Shown here one piece after another: positions 9,252 through 19,178 of a DNA stretch of 25,238 bases; the first letter of the stretch is position 1, and the number at the start of each line of letters is the position of its first letter. A program made the position numbers and the translations under genes. The notes under the pieces are model-generated. The model was not told where the DNA came from and made no database searches. It saw only the letters and a program-made list of their open reading frames with translations. The stretch covers positions 1 through 25,238 of the IMG/VR virus record IMGVR_UViG_3300042566_000093. One strand, given 5' to 3'. Origin of the DNA: a virus (taxonomy: Duplodnaviria; Caudoviricetes).

Positions 9252-11753
9252 ATGGCACCATTATCAGGTAAACAACATAGAGAGTACCTCAAGTTCCAAA
9301 ATAAAGAAGCTCGTGAAGCTTCTAAGATGGGACTTGACGAAATGCGTAAACAACAATTACATCAGATCAAACTCCAAGAAGCAGCCGCAAAAGCTAATCA
9401 AGGTTTAGGTCATAGACAACAAGTTAATAATGCTAGGCTTAAAGATATGGGTATTCCCTTACCTAAAGGTGCAAGTATTAACAAACAAAAATTAGGTATT
9501 CCTTCAACAAATCCTCTGGCTGGTACAGAGATGTTTAAGCAAGGACAACACAAGTTACCTCAATCTCCTATATTTAAAGCACAAGGCACTGATACAGTTC
9601 CTGCTATGCTTACTCCCGGAGAAGCTGTTATCCCAGCACCTGCCGCACAGAATCCTAAGAACAAAAAAGCTATTAAGCGTATGGTCCAAGAAGGTCGTAA
9701 GGCTAATAGGCTTCGTGACGGTGCTGTTAATATAGTTAATTCTGACGCACCAGCCCAAGCACGTTATCATGCAGACGGTACTAGTGATGTACCATCGTTA
9801 GCTTATCGTCATCCAGACGTACCCGGATCTTCATTTAATGACGGTACTGAGCGTGTGTTTAGCCGTGGTTCCGCTGATATGCAACATTATAATGATGGTA
9901 CATATGGTGTAGTGCCACAGCAAGTACAGTCTGCTGTTGGCTACCAATATGGTACTGTTGATGCAGACATTGATGAAGAAAGAAAACGTCAGGGTGTAGT
10001 ACCAATGGTTATTCAACCAGCTAGCACAGAGACAATCCCTATTTGGGATGAAAGAAGAGCCGAAGAAGGTGATCGGTTTGCTAATATGGTTGCTGTTGAT
10101 AACAGACCTATGCGGGATATTCCTATGGTTTCTGCAGTAACAACTCCTGTTATGGATCAAACACCATCTAATGCAGTTATAACATCGAAAGAAGTCCCAC
10201 CAGTAGTATTAGATACTTCGATTCCAATTAAATCAGTACCTGCTCCTAATGTTTCAGTTATTCCTGCAATTCCTGATAGGTTAAGAAAAGTTCCATTAGG
10301 ATCACCTGATTCAGATGTAGTTTCTGTTACTAATAATCCCACAGTTGTTACTAGCCCTCTCGCAGTTGCTCCAGATCAATTAAATAAAGAAGAATTAGCT
10401 GGTCTTGATGTGGTTAACACACAGAATACACCTGCAACAGTTACTTCGGCTGTACCTACTACTACTACTACTCCGACTGTACCTTCTAAGGTAGACCCTT
10501 ACGCTGGTATAGAGCCTACTCTCAGAAAAGATTTTGAGACAGACCCTGTTAAAGCAGCTAGAAAGATTCGTAGTGTATCTGAAATTGTTGAAGAGTTAGC
10601 TGGAAAACAAAAGACAGAAAAGTCTTTTACAGACTCGTTAGCTAACTTGTTTACTGCCAGTGGCTTTAAAGAAGAACTTGGTTTAAATAATCAAGATATT
10701 ATTCGTATGGCTATTTCTACTGCTGTTGGTGCTAAGAAGTTTGGTGTAAATCGTGCGCTTGCTTATGCAGGTAAACAGGCTTTTGAAGACTCTAACAAGC
10801 GAAATGCACAAGCACAAGCTGAAGCTAAAGCGATTCGTACAGCCGCTGTTCAAATTCGTGGTCAAGAAATTCGTGATGTTCGTAACGCAGAAGATGCTGC
10901 TGCTCGAGAACAACGTGATATAATTCGTGAAAATGCTCGTGCTGCACATGAAAGATTTAAAGCAGAGCAAGCAGTTCGTATGCAAGAGATCAAAGAGAGG
11001 TTTGAACGTGACAGGGATATTTTAAGGTATCAGCAGGATATGCAAAAAGAAGCAATGCGATTAACAGCCCAAGACAATCGTATGAATAAAATGTTTGGTT
11101 TCCAACAGGCTTTAATAGATTATAGAGAGGATAAGAAACAGAATTCTCCTAACGCTATAGTTGAACGTCTTTCCGCAAATATTCAGAAAGCATCTAGTGC
11201 TGTTGGAGAAATTTTAGATCGATCGTTTGGTGCTGATAACATCCAAGGTAAGGCTAACCCAAATAGGGAAGGTTTCCCAACTAAAACACAAGCAACTCAG
11301 CAAGTTGTATCTGCCCTTGCTAATGCGGGTTATGATATGTCTAACCCTGATGTGTATATGCAAGCCACATCAGTTATTAACTCGGGAATTGAAAAAGCAA
11401 TTGCAGATAAAAAGTCTGGTAGAGTAGATATTCCTAACGTTACTCCTTATATAATGAGTAGCATAATGCAACAACGTTTAAAGATTCCATCTGAATTACT
11501 TAATGTTGGTAAAGATAATAAACCAATGCCAGCTGAAAAGTTAACGTCTTTGTTTAAAGAAGTTAGATCTTTAGCTTTAGACCCAGAGACAGGTAAAGTT
11601 AACACAACAAAAGAAGCTGAAATTGCAAATGGTATTTTTGCTGAATGGAATGGTCCTAACGGTAAAAAGCATCGTGCACAATTTAAAGGTACAGAGAACG
11701 AATCAGCCTTTGCACAATTTATGCAAGCAAGTTTAACTAAACTTAAACAGTAA
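9252..11753 (+). CDS. Internal virion (ejection) protein
   Basis: SD AAGGA; GTDTVPAMLTPGEAVIP motif, P/V/T-rich linker, long charged coiled coil. Confidence 0.6.
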   Translation: MAPLSGKQHREYLKFQNKEAREASKMGLDEMRKQQLHQIKLQEAAAKANQGLGHRQQVNNARLKDMGIPLPKGASINKQKLGIPSTNPLAGTEMFKQGQHKLPQSPIFKAQGTDTVPAMLTPGEAVIPAPAAQNPKNKKAIKRMVQEGRKANRLRDGAVNIVNSDAPAQARYHADGTSDVPSLAYRHPDVPGSSFNDGTERVFSRGSADMQHYNDGTYGVVPQQVQSAVGYQYGTVDADIDEERKRQGVVPMVIQPASTETIPIWDERRAEEGDRFANMVAVDNRPMRDIPMVSAVTTPVMDQTPSNAVITSKEVPPVVLDTSIPIKSVPAPNVSVIPAIPDRLRKVPLGSPDSDVVSVTNNPTVVTSPLAVAPDQLNKEELAGLDVVNTQNTPATVTSAVPTTTTTPTVPSKVDPYAGIEPTLRKDFETDPVKAARKIRSVSEIVEELAGKQKTEKSFTDSLANLFTASGFKEELGLNNQDIIRMAISTAVGAKKFGVNRALAYAGKQAFEDSNKRNAQAQAEAKAIRTAAVQIRGQEIRDVRNAEDAAAREQRDIIRENARAAHERFKAEQAVRMQEIKERFERDRDILRYQQDMQKEAMRLTAQDNRMNKMFGFQQALIDYREDKKQNSPNAIVERLSANIQKASSAVGEILDRSFGADNIQGKANPNREGFPTKTQATQQVVSALANAGYDMSNPDVYMQATSVINSGIEKAIADKKSGRVDIPNVTPYIMSSIMQQRLKIPSELLNVGKDNKPMPAEKLTSLFKEVRSLALDPETGKVNTTKEAEIANGIFAEWNGPNGKKHRAQFKGTENESAFAQFMQASLTKLKQ

Positions 11754-11767
11754 ATAAAGGAAAATAA

Positions 11768-14700
11768 ATGGATGGATATTTAGACAACCTAAGAAAGATA
11801 ATATCAAGGAAATCAGATTTACCAGGAGGTATCTCATTAACGGATGCTGATACCGTGGTAACCCCTTCGGGGGAATCCATCCGTCTTCAAGGCATTAGTG
11901 CAAGAGAGACTGCTAAACTTCCTGATGATTTAAGTAAAAGTAAAGGCGCTCAAGCGGGTGCCTATACCCAAAGTAGATTGATGGAAGACGTTATTCGTGA
12001 GGGTAACTTTACTACACCAGTACTTACACAAGATAAATCTTATAAACGTACTCTTGGTGATTTAGTAGACCCTAGTGGAAGACGTCTTACTAACAAAGCA
12101 TTAGAAATGGGTATTGTTGATCCAACAGCCGATACAACTAGAGATCAATACAACTCTATGTACATGGGTAATCTTGACCGTGCTCAACGTAGAGTAGATA
12201 AGCAACCTACAATAGCTGACAGTTTACTTTTTGAGCTTAACAAAGAGCGTAACCCTAATGGGTTTATGATGTCTAAGCTTCAAACAGATACTGCTGGTAT
12301 GTATGGTCAAGCAAAAGAACAAGGTCTTGACGAGTATTTTTCTGGTCCATCTATTATCAGAAAAGGTGAAGATCGGTATGGTAAAGCTATTTCTAATTTA
12401 AGCAGTGGTTGGGATCAAGGTAAACTTCAAGCCGCTAAAAGCGTGTATGGTATGTTTGATCTTATTGCGGATAAAACAGGTAGCGAATCATTTAAAAACT
12501 TTGCACAATCAGGTATTAATGAAAATACCTCTTTGTTAAGAGACATACCTGAATTAAGAAGTGCAGAGGCATTTAATGATAAAGGTGAGTGGAAATTAGA
12601 TACACTAGGTAAGTTCTTTGATTGGACTGTAGGTAGTGCAGCTGCTTCTGCTCCTCAAATGTTGACTAGTATTGTTGCTGTTATGGCTTCACCAGCAACC
12701 TATGGTGCTTCTTTATCAATTCCATTTAGTATGTACACAGGTCAGGTATACAACGATCAGAAGAATAAGAATGCAACTGCCGCTGTTGCTGCTGGTTTTA
12801 CTATGACAGTGCTTGATAAGTTATCATTGCCATTTATTCTTGGTAAAGGTAAAGACATTACTAAACAGGCTACTCAAGATTTAGTATTGAGAGAGCTACA
12901 AAAGACAATGACTAAAGAAGCGGCTGAAGAGTTGCTACGTAAGTCTATGACTGAGTCTGTTAAGGAAGTTAGTACTGCTTTCAAAACAATTTCTGGTGGT
13001 ACGCTTAATAAGATAAAAGGTATTGGAGGAGCTACTGCTTCTGGTGCTTTGGTTGAGAGTGGTGTAGAAACACTACAAGAATTAGCTGGTTATTTTGGTG
13101 AGCAAGGTAGTTTTGATTTACCTTCTTCACCAGAAGAAATGACAAAGCTAAAATCTAGATTGGCAAATGCGGCTGTTGGTGGTGCTGTATTAGGTGGTGG
13201 ATTGTCTGGTGGTCTTAAGACTTATTCAGTATTAACTGCACCAAGCGATGTTGTTCCTAGATCATCAACTGATGTTGAGTTTAGAGAAAAATATATTAAT
13301 GATATTAATGAACAACGTGTAGCTTCAGGAGATACTCCTATTGTTACAATGCCTTCTACTACAGACGTTATTGATAAGACATTAGAATTACAAGAGAAAA
13401 ATCCTATTGAAACATCGTTAAATGCTTTAGCTTCTGCTGAGACTGCTAAAAGACAGACTGAAGGTGTTTATGCTAAAACAATGTCTGCTATAAAAGATAA
13501 AGGTATTAGTGGTTTATTTGGTAAATTTTCTAACATTATAACTAGTGATACTAAACATAAGAGCATTTACTCAGCTACATTATCTACATTGTTAGGTAGT
13601 TCTACTGCTGTTAATGGGGCTTCTATTGAAAACCACCAAGCTATTTTAGAGTCAAACATCTTTAAAAACTTTGGTAACATTGAAAATTTTATTTCTGCTT
13701 TTGGTGGTGTATCTGCTACAGAAGCTTCTCGTATTATATCTAACCCTACTGTTGTTAATGCAATATCAGAGTTAGCTCGTATTAAAAGAGATTTATTTGC
13801 TACTTCTACCAGAGATATCGCTGATAAGATGGATATTGATTACGGTAACTTTGGTAATTTTAAAGATTCTATTATTGATTATGCTGATAGAATAAGTAAT
13901 TTAACTAAAGCATACAATCAAGCTACAGGTAAAGATTTGTCTGTTAGACAATTCTTAGAGTTTAAACCATTAGATAAAACAATTGTGTCAAAGAACTCTG
14001 GTCAGTTTGTCAGAGACTTACAACAACACTTAGGTATGAACTATGCAGATGCAACTGAATTAACTAATGCAATACTAGATAACAAACAAGTTAATAGTTT
14101 TGAGGATTCACTTGATGAATTGCTTAATGGTAATGCAGAAAAGATTAAAGATAAGCAAGGGTTAGAAGCTAAACTAGCTCAACCCGGAGTCAAAAGTTTC
14201 TTTAATCAGTATATGTCTCATAACATTATAGATAACGCTTATTCATTAGCCGCATCGGGTGCTGCTTTTAATACTAATAAAGAGTTAATTGGTAAAGATG
14301 GTTCTAAGCTTGCCGCATTAGTTCAGCAAATGAAAGACAATGGTGACATTGATGATGTACAAGCTAGTTTTATAGCTAAAGAAATTCAAGATGTGTTAGC
14401 AATGCGTAATGGTGAATTCAAAGCCATTACTAATCCTTATTTAAAAGGTGCATTGAACACTCTTAATTTCTTATCTACTATTACTGCACTACCATTAGCC
14501 GCTGTTAGTTCTACAGTAGAGTTTGCTCAGATATATCGTAACCTAAATAGACCACAAGCCGCTAAAGCTACATTGGCTTTACTTAAAAGTACAGGCAGTG
14601 AAATAGGTGCTTTGTACAGAGAGATTGGTAACAAGCTTACTGATAGAGTTCTTATTAAAAATGCTAAGATTAGAACAGACTTGTCTGAAGCAGGATACCT

Positions 14701-15571
14701 AAGAGAAGGTGGTGTTGGTCATCGTAATGACATTCTAACGTCATATTATTCTAAATGGACTGACGGGTTCTTTAAGTTAACTGGTTTAACTTCTGTAACA
14801 GCTATTACCCGTAATGCTCGATTAGCTATTGCAGCTGATGCTATACAAAATTGGTTGAATGTTGTTTCTGAAGGTACAGGTACTGAACAAGAAATAGCAG
14901 ATGCTAAAGACCATTTAAGACGTATTAACGTTGACTATGAATACATGATGGCTATTAATGCTGATACTAAATCTACAGAAAAATATGTTATAAACAATTT
15001 ACAACAGGCTACATATAACTTTGTTAATGAAGCAGTTATTATACCTACTATTCTTAATAGACCTAAGTTTTATAGTGATCCTTATCTAAAACTGTTTACT
15101 CAATTTACGGGTTATACATCAGCATTCACAGCAAATATTCTCCCAAGATTAGTAACTGATATCCGTAAGTCAGGATCAGATGATCAAAAGAATACTGCAG
15201 CTGTTATTGCTATGATGCTTGCTTTGGCTATGCTTTCTTTGTATATTAAAGATATGATTAAGTATGGTGAACATCCACCTGAGTGGGTCAAAGAAAATAA
15301 AGAGTTTTTAAGAGTTATTAATGCAATGGGTATCTTAGGTTCAGGACAACGGATCTTTGATCAGATATTCCCATTGATAGAAGACAACAGAAAGAAATCT
15401 ATCACAGATAAGATTGCCGAACAATCCGCACAGCTCTCATACATCAAGAAGGTTGAAAGAGCTTTAGAGGCACCAGAAGGTAAACGGATTGAACAGGGTG
15501 CGAAGCTGCTTCCCATAGTTGGAACAAGTCCCGCTTTCGCTAAATACTTACAGAAAGAGCTAGGAGAATAA
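11768..15571 (+). CDS. Large internal virion protein with an N-terminal thermonuclease (SNase)-like domain
   Basis: SD AAGGA; DADT / IRLQGISARET / DKSYKRTLG motifs; Gly/Ala-rich hydrophobic helices; size and position of a T7 gp16-like ejection protein. Confidence 0.6.
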   Translation: MDGYLDNLRKIISRKSDLPGGISLTDADTVVTPSGESIRLQGISARETAKLPDDLSKSKGAQAGAYTQSRLMEDVIREGNFTTPVLTQDKSYKRTLGDLVDPSGRRLTNKALEMGIVDPTADTTRDQYNSMYMGNLDRAQRRVDKQPTIADSLLFELNKERNPNGFMMSKLQTDTAGMYGQAKEQGLDEYFSGPSIIRKGEDRYGKAISNLSSGWDQGKLQAAKSVYGMFDLIADKTGSESFKNFAQSGINENTSLLRDIPELRSAEAFNDKGEWKLDTLGKFFDWTVGSAAASAPQMLTSIVAVMASPATYGASLSIPFSMYTGQVYNDQKNKNATAAVAAGFTMTVLDKLSLPFILGKGKDITKQATQDLVLRELQKTMTKEAAEELLRKSMTESVKEVSTAFKTISGGTLNKIKGIGGATASGALVESGVETLQELAGYFGEQGSFDLPSSPEEMTKLKSRLANAAVGGAVLGGGLSGGLKTYSVLTAPSDVVPRSSTDVEFREKYINDINEQRVASGDTPIVTMPSTTDVIDKTLELQEKNPIETSLNALASAETAKRQTEGVYAKTMSAIKDKGISGLFGKFSNIITSDTKHKSIYSATLSTLLGSSTAVNGASIENHQAILESNIFKNFGNIENFISAFGGVSATEASRIISNPTVVNAISELARIKRDLFATSTRDIADKMDIDYGNFGNFKDSIIDYADRISNLTKAYNQATGKDLSVRQFLEFKPLDKTIVSKNSGQFVRDLQQHLGMNYADATELTNAILDNKQVNSFEDSLDELLNGNAEKIKDKQGLEAKLAQPGVKSFFNQYMSHNIIDNAYSLAASGAAFNTNKELIGKDGSKLAALVQQMKDNGDIDDVQASFIAKEIQDVLAMRNGEFKAITNPYLKGALNTLNFLSTITALPLAAVSSTVEFAQIYRNLNRPQAAKATLALLKSTGSEIGALYREIGNKLTDRVLIKNAKIRTDLSEAGYLREGGVGHRNDILTSYYSKWTDGFFKLTGLTSVTAITRNARLAIAADAIQNWLNVVSEGTGTEQEIADAKDHLRRINVDYEYMMAINADTKSTEKYVINNLQQATYNFVNEAVIIPTILNRPKFYSDPYLKLFTQFTGYTSAFTANILPRLVTDIRKSGSDDQKNTAAVIAMMLALAMLSLYIKDMIKYGEHPPEWVKENKEFLRVINAMGILGSGQRIFDQIFPLIEDNRKKSITDKIAEQSAQLSYIKKVERALEAPEGKRIEQGAKLLPIVGTSPAFAKYLQKELGE

Positions 15572-18500
15572 ATGGCAGTTAATATTAACACAAGCAAAAA
15601 CGTACCTACAATACCACGTATTGCAGATGATTTGCTTCAACAACAGATCAACGAAGCTAATGCTCGTATGGCGGCTCAACCCCCTCGGCAAGAAGCAATA
15701 CCTAACCCTTCAGCAATCTTTGGTGAAGAGGAAGAGTTTGTTCTTCCATATAAAAAGTCTCCATATGTTATTCCAAGAAGACTTTCTGGTCTACCTCCTG
15801 ATGCAAAGTTACTTGCAGGTACAGATGTTCGTATGCCTTCAGAACAAGAGGCTATACCTACGGACCAAGAGATTATACCTACAGAGCAATTATCTGAGGA
15901 TGTCCAACCTGAAATGATAGAAGAAACACCACAAGAAGATGGTGGGTTTGGTATGGATAGCTTTGCTATTGAAAGTACTGATCAAGACTATTACAGTAAA
16001 CTTCAAGAAGAACGTAACAGGCAAATGGAAGTAAGGAAAATCCTTGATCCTTCTCGTTTTGAAAATGAAAATGATATCAGAACTGCTTACGGTGAAGGGG
16101 CAGTTAAAGCTACAGAAGCAGGTGCTATTATTCGTACTGCTATGAATATTACTAATGGTCTTAATGATCTTGATGTAGGCTTATATAAAGAGGGTACAAC
16201 ATCTAATGCACAGCTTAACGGTCTTACTTATCTTAAACAGGGTACTGGATTAGATACTAAACAGATTGGTAATGCCGCTACTACTTCTTTTATTTTGTAT
16301 GCTCCTATGTTATCAGGTGCAGCATCTCAAAAAGACGGTGAGATCATGTCTGCTGAGGACAATGCTGATATTGATAGCTTAGACCAACTGATAATGGATG
16401 ACGGTGATGGTGCCTTAGATAAGGTAGCCGTTAATGGTGGTCTTAAACGTGACATGGTCCAAAAGGGTTTAGGTCGTTTGTTTAAAAAGCTTTCAAAAAG
16501 TGTCGGTGATACTTATTGGGGTAATACAGAACGTATTAATCAAAACATTTCTAATGAGGCTGCTGGTGCAACCATTGTTCAAGCTTTAGTTGATAAGGGT
16601 TATTTGGTTGAAGATGTTAACCCAGATGGTGTTGAGATTCTTAGACTAAGTCCAGGCTTAGGTGCTGACTTAAGATACAAGAGTAAAGGTATGCAACGTA
16701 GTGTTACTGGTGCATTGTCAGGTAAAGCTCAAAAGGCTCCTCCTACTGAAACAGGTGCTTATCAAGGTGCATTACAAGATGTCCGTGAAATGGATAAAAA
16801 GAAACAAGAGTACACTGTTACACAACAAATGGCTGAAGCCAAAGGTGCTGTAGCTAAAGTACCACTCTTTATTTCACCCGTTAAAGCTTACTTTGCAGCT
16901 CTGTTTAATGAAGCTATTCTTGGTCATGTTAAAAACCCAATGAACCCAGCACAATTAGATGTTATGGGATTGTTAAAGGTATCCGAAGAAGATATTCAAG
17001 ATGCTTCTGCTAATGGAAACAAAACATCTGCAGAAATTATTGATCAAAAAGTAAGCAATCTTCAAACTGAATTAGGTGACATGGCAGCACACGTAGCCTA
17101 TGGTGGTCCACAGTTCTCTACTTATTGGGAAGACTATGCTACCCATCGTATGTATCAAGATGCAACTGACTTTAACCCACAACGTAATAAGTGGACTCGT
17201 GCATTAACTGTAGGTAAGTCTTCTCCTATTATGCTTAATAGTAACTTCCATAATACAGGTGTTAACAAAGCAACTGCTGAAGGATTCTTTAGCAGGATTG
17301 CAGGTAAAGCTCGAAATGGTAATTTTACTTTGTCAGCAGATGAAAAAGAATTAAGTTTCCTTACAACACTTGGTCGTGTACTTGATTCAAGTAGGTCTGT
17401 TGGTATGTCATCTGAATCTATATTGTTGCCTGACCTGTTACAAACAGTAACACCAATGTTTATTGCTGAAGCAGCTGCAAAAGGTAGATTGTTACGTAGT
17501 ATTGTACCTAATAACACTCGTGAAGTTGTTAATGCTCTTGGTAAACCAGAAGGTCTTATTGATAAGCTTACTCCTGCTCAGAAAGGTGCTTTAGATAACT
17601 TCCTTAAAGAAGCAGATAGAGACGACTGGGGTTATAAGCTTCAGGCGTATCTTGATGCAGCTAACTATTTAGATGCAAAAATGAATGGTACACCTTTCAC
17701 ACCACGAGTTACTGTAGCTCTTGATATGAACTCTGCTGGTCGTTCGTTCTTAGCCGCTGACGTTGGTAACATGGATATCTTAAGTCGTGTTGGATTAATA
17801 TGGGATAAGTTTGTTGATAGAGTAGACGATTTCTTTACTGATACATTACCTAATGAAAAGGGTGATCCACGATACTACTTTACAACTGTAGCTTTAGATA
17901 CAGGTATCTCTGCTGCTTTTGGTGATGCTAAACAAGAGAAGATTGATAAATTTAAAATGTTGCTTGCTAAATATGGTGGTGCAGGAGTTGCTGGTAATAA
18001 GCAGTTCAACAAAGACTTTTCAAAGAAAGTCTTGATGACCACTGACTATGGTAAGCCAGCTAACTTTCACATTGCAGAAGCTAAAGCCTTTTTAAAGAGT
18101 CACCCTGAATTTAGAGATGAAGCAGTAAAGTTTTATAATGGTGATGTAGATGCTTTAGCCAAAGACATCAATGAGATTTATAAAGCAACTTTAAAACAAA
18201 CAACAGACGCTTGGCAGTATGTGTTGCCTAAGAAGATGGTTAAGTTCTTACAGATGTTTGGTCGAGTACCTAAACCAATTGGTTACTACAATGAAAACAT
18301 TTCTATTGGTAGATTTGGTACTGAGCCTACAGGTAATATTGTTCAAATCAAAGGTGCAGAAGGTAAACGCAGACGTATTATGGAGACTATGAGGATGTTT
18401 GATCCTTTAGCTCCTGCTAAGGCTAAAGGTTTAAGGCTAGACGATGGTTCATTGTTCATACCTGAAGAAGGTTCTGGAGCAGTTAACCAAGTTGGTCCTA

Positions 18501-19123
18501 CATTCGGTCAATATCGTGAGTCAATTATTGTTGCTGAGACAGCAAGGTTACTTAATGGTAATAAAACACCAGCGAATTCTAACTTTATTATTCCTGTATT
18601 TGATAACTTTATTGTTGACTCTATGAGCTACCCATTTGTTCATTACGTAGCTAATAATATTGTAGCCCCTAATGTGTTTAGTTGGAATATGGCTAAGGGT
18701 TTTTCTCTTGATTTCCGTAAACAACTTAGAGAAGCTTTACCTGAGATGATGAGTTCTAATGAGATTATTGTTGGTCCAGGATCACCTTACAAAGGTATCT
18801 TTACTACTATTGATCGTGAATATAAGTGGTTAAAAGATAAACAGCCTAATGAATTAGCAGAATATCAAAAGACTTTAAAGCAATTTCTTGAAAGTAAATC
18901 TTCTGGTTATATACCTCCAGGTCCTAATAGACCCGAGTCTACACGTTTAACATCTCAACAAGCAAGAGCTTTAGTAAAAGCTATTAGTGATTTTTATAAC
19001 TTTAATGATAAGCTCCAAGGCGTTGATGCTTGGGATAATTTAAAATATAAAGGTATGCGTGATTCATTCTTAAAAGAACTTGTATCACGAGGTAAAAAAG
19101 GATTAATTTACTTCTTTACTTGA
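15572..19123 (+). CDS. Divergent single-subunit (T7/N4-type) DNA-directed RNA polymerase, putatively virion-encapsidated
   Basis: DYATHRMY…FNPQ; motif A ALDMNSAG (D718); motif B KDFSKKVLMTTDYG (K818, Y826); GPTFGQYRE; motif C PVFDNF (D1011); C-terminal YFFT. Confidence 0.8.
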   Translation: MAVNINTSKNVPTIPRIADDLLQQQINEANARMAAQPPRQEAIPNPSAIFGEEEEFVLPYKKSPYVIPRRLSGLPPDAKLLAGTDVRMPSEQEAIPTDQEIIPTEQLSEDVQPEMIEETPQEDGGFGMDSFAIESTDQDYYSKLQEERNRQMEVRKILDPSRFENENDIRTAYGEGAVKATEAGAIIRTAMNITNGLNDLDVGLYKEGTTSNAQLNGLTYLKQGTGLDTKQIGNAATTSFILYAPMLSGAASQKDGEIMSAEDNADIDSLDQLIMDDGDGALDKVAVNGGLKRDMVQKGLGRLFKKLSKSVGDTYWGNTERINQNISNEAAGATIVQALVDKGYLVEDVNPDGVEILRLSPGLGADLRYKSKGMQRSVTGALSGKAQKAPPTETGAYQGALQDVREMDKKKQEYTVTQQMAEAKGAVAKVPLFISPVKAYFAALFNEAILGHVKNPMNPAQLDVMGLLKVSEEDIQDASANGNKTSAEIIDQKVSNLQTELGDMAAHVAYGGPQFSTYWEDYATHRMYQDATDFNPQRNKWTRALTVGKSSPIMLNSNFHNTGVNKATAEGFFSRIAGKARNGNFTLSADEKELSFLTTLGRVLDSSRSVGMSSESILLPDLLQTVTPMFIAEAAAKGRLLRSIVPNNTREVVNALGKPEGLIDKLTPAQKGALDNFLKEADRDDWGYKLQAYLDAANYLDAKMNGTPFTPRVTVALDMNSAGRSFLAADVGNMDILSRVGLIWDKFVDRVDDFFTDTLPNEKGDPRYYFTTVALDTGISAAFGDAKQEKIDKFKMLLAKYGGAGVAGNKQFNKDFSKKVLMTTDYGKPANFHIAEAKAFLKSHPEFRDEAVKFYNGDVDALAKDINEIYKATLKQTTDAWQYVLPKKMVKFLQMFGRVPKPIGYYNENISIGRFGTEPTGNIVQIKGAEGKRRRIMETMRMFDPLAPAKAKGLRLDDGSLFIPEEGSGAVNQVGPTFGQYRESIIVAETARLLNGNKTPANSNFIIPVFDNFIVDSMSYPFVHYVANNIVAPNVFSWNMAKGFSLDFRKQLREALPEMMSSNEIIVGPGSPYKGIFTTIDREYKWLKDKQPNELAEYQKTLKQFLESKSSGYIPPGPNRPESTRLTSQQARALVKAISDFYNFNDKLQGVDAWDNLKYKGMRDSFLKELVSRGKKGLIYFFT

Positions 19124-19124
19124 C

Positions 19125-19178
19125 AAATAAAAAACCCCTACTAGGATAATTCCTAATAGGGGTTATTTTTTTTTTTTT
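19125..19178. terminator. Bidirectional intrinsic terminator between the convergent arms
   Basis: Stem aacccctactagga / tcctaataggggtt (one mismatch), loop taat, A-tract on the left and 13-T tract on the right. Confidence 0.9.

Noticed and set aside
8825-9292. 155-aa Pro/Ala-rich antisense ORF
   Set aside because: Mirror of the Gly/Ala-rich sense protein; no independent evidence
10457-10471. (act)n microsatellite
   Set aside because: Simply encodes a Thr run in a low-complexity linker
17504-17513. GTACCTAATA, a partial match to the candidate promoter
   Set aside because: Inside a CDS, missing the 5' part of the motif, and no gene start follows
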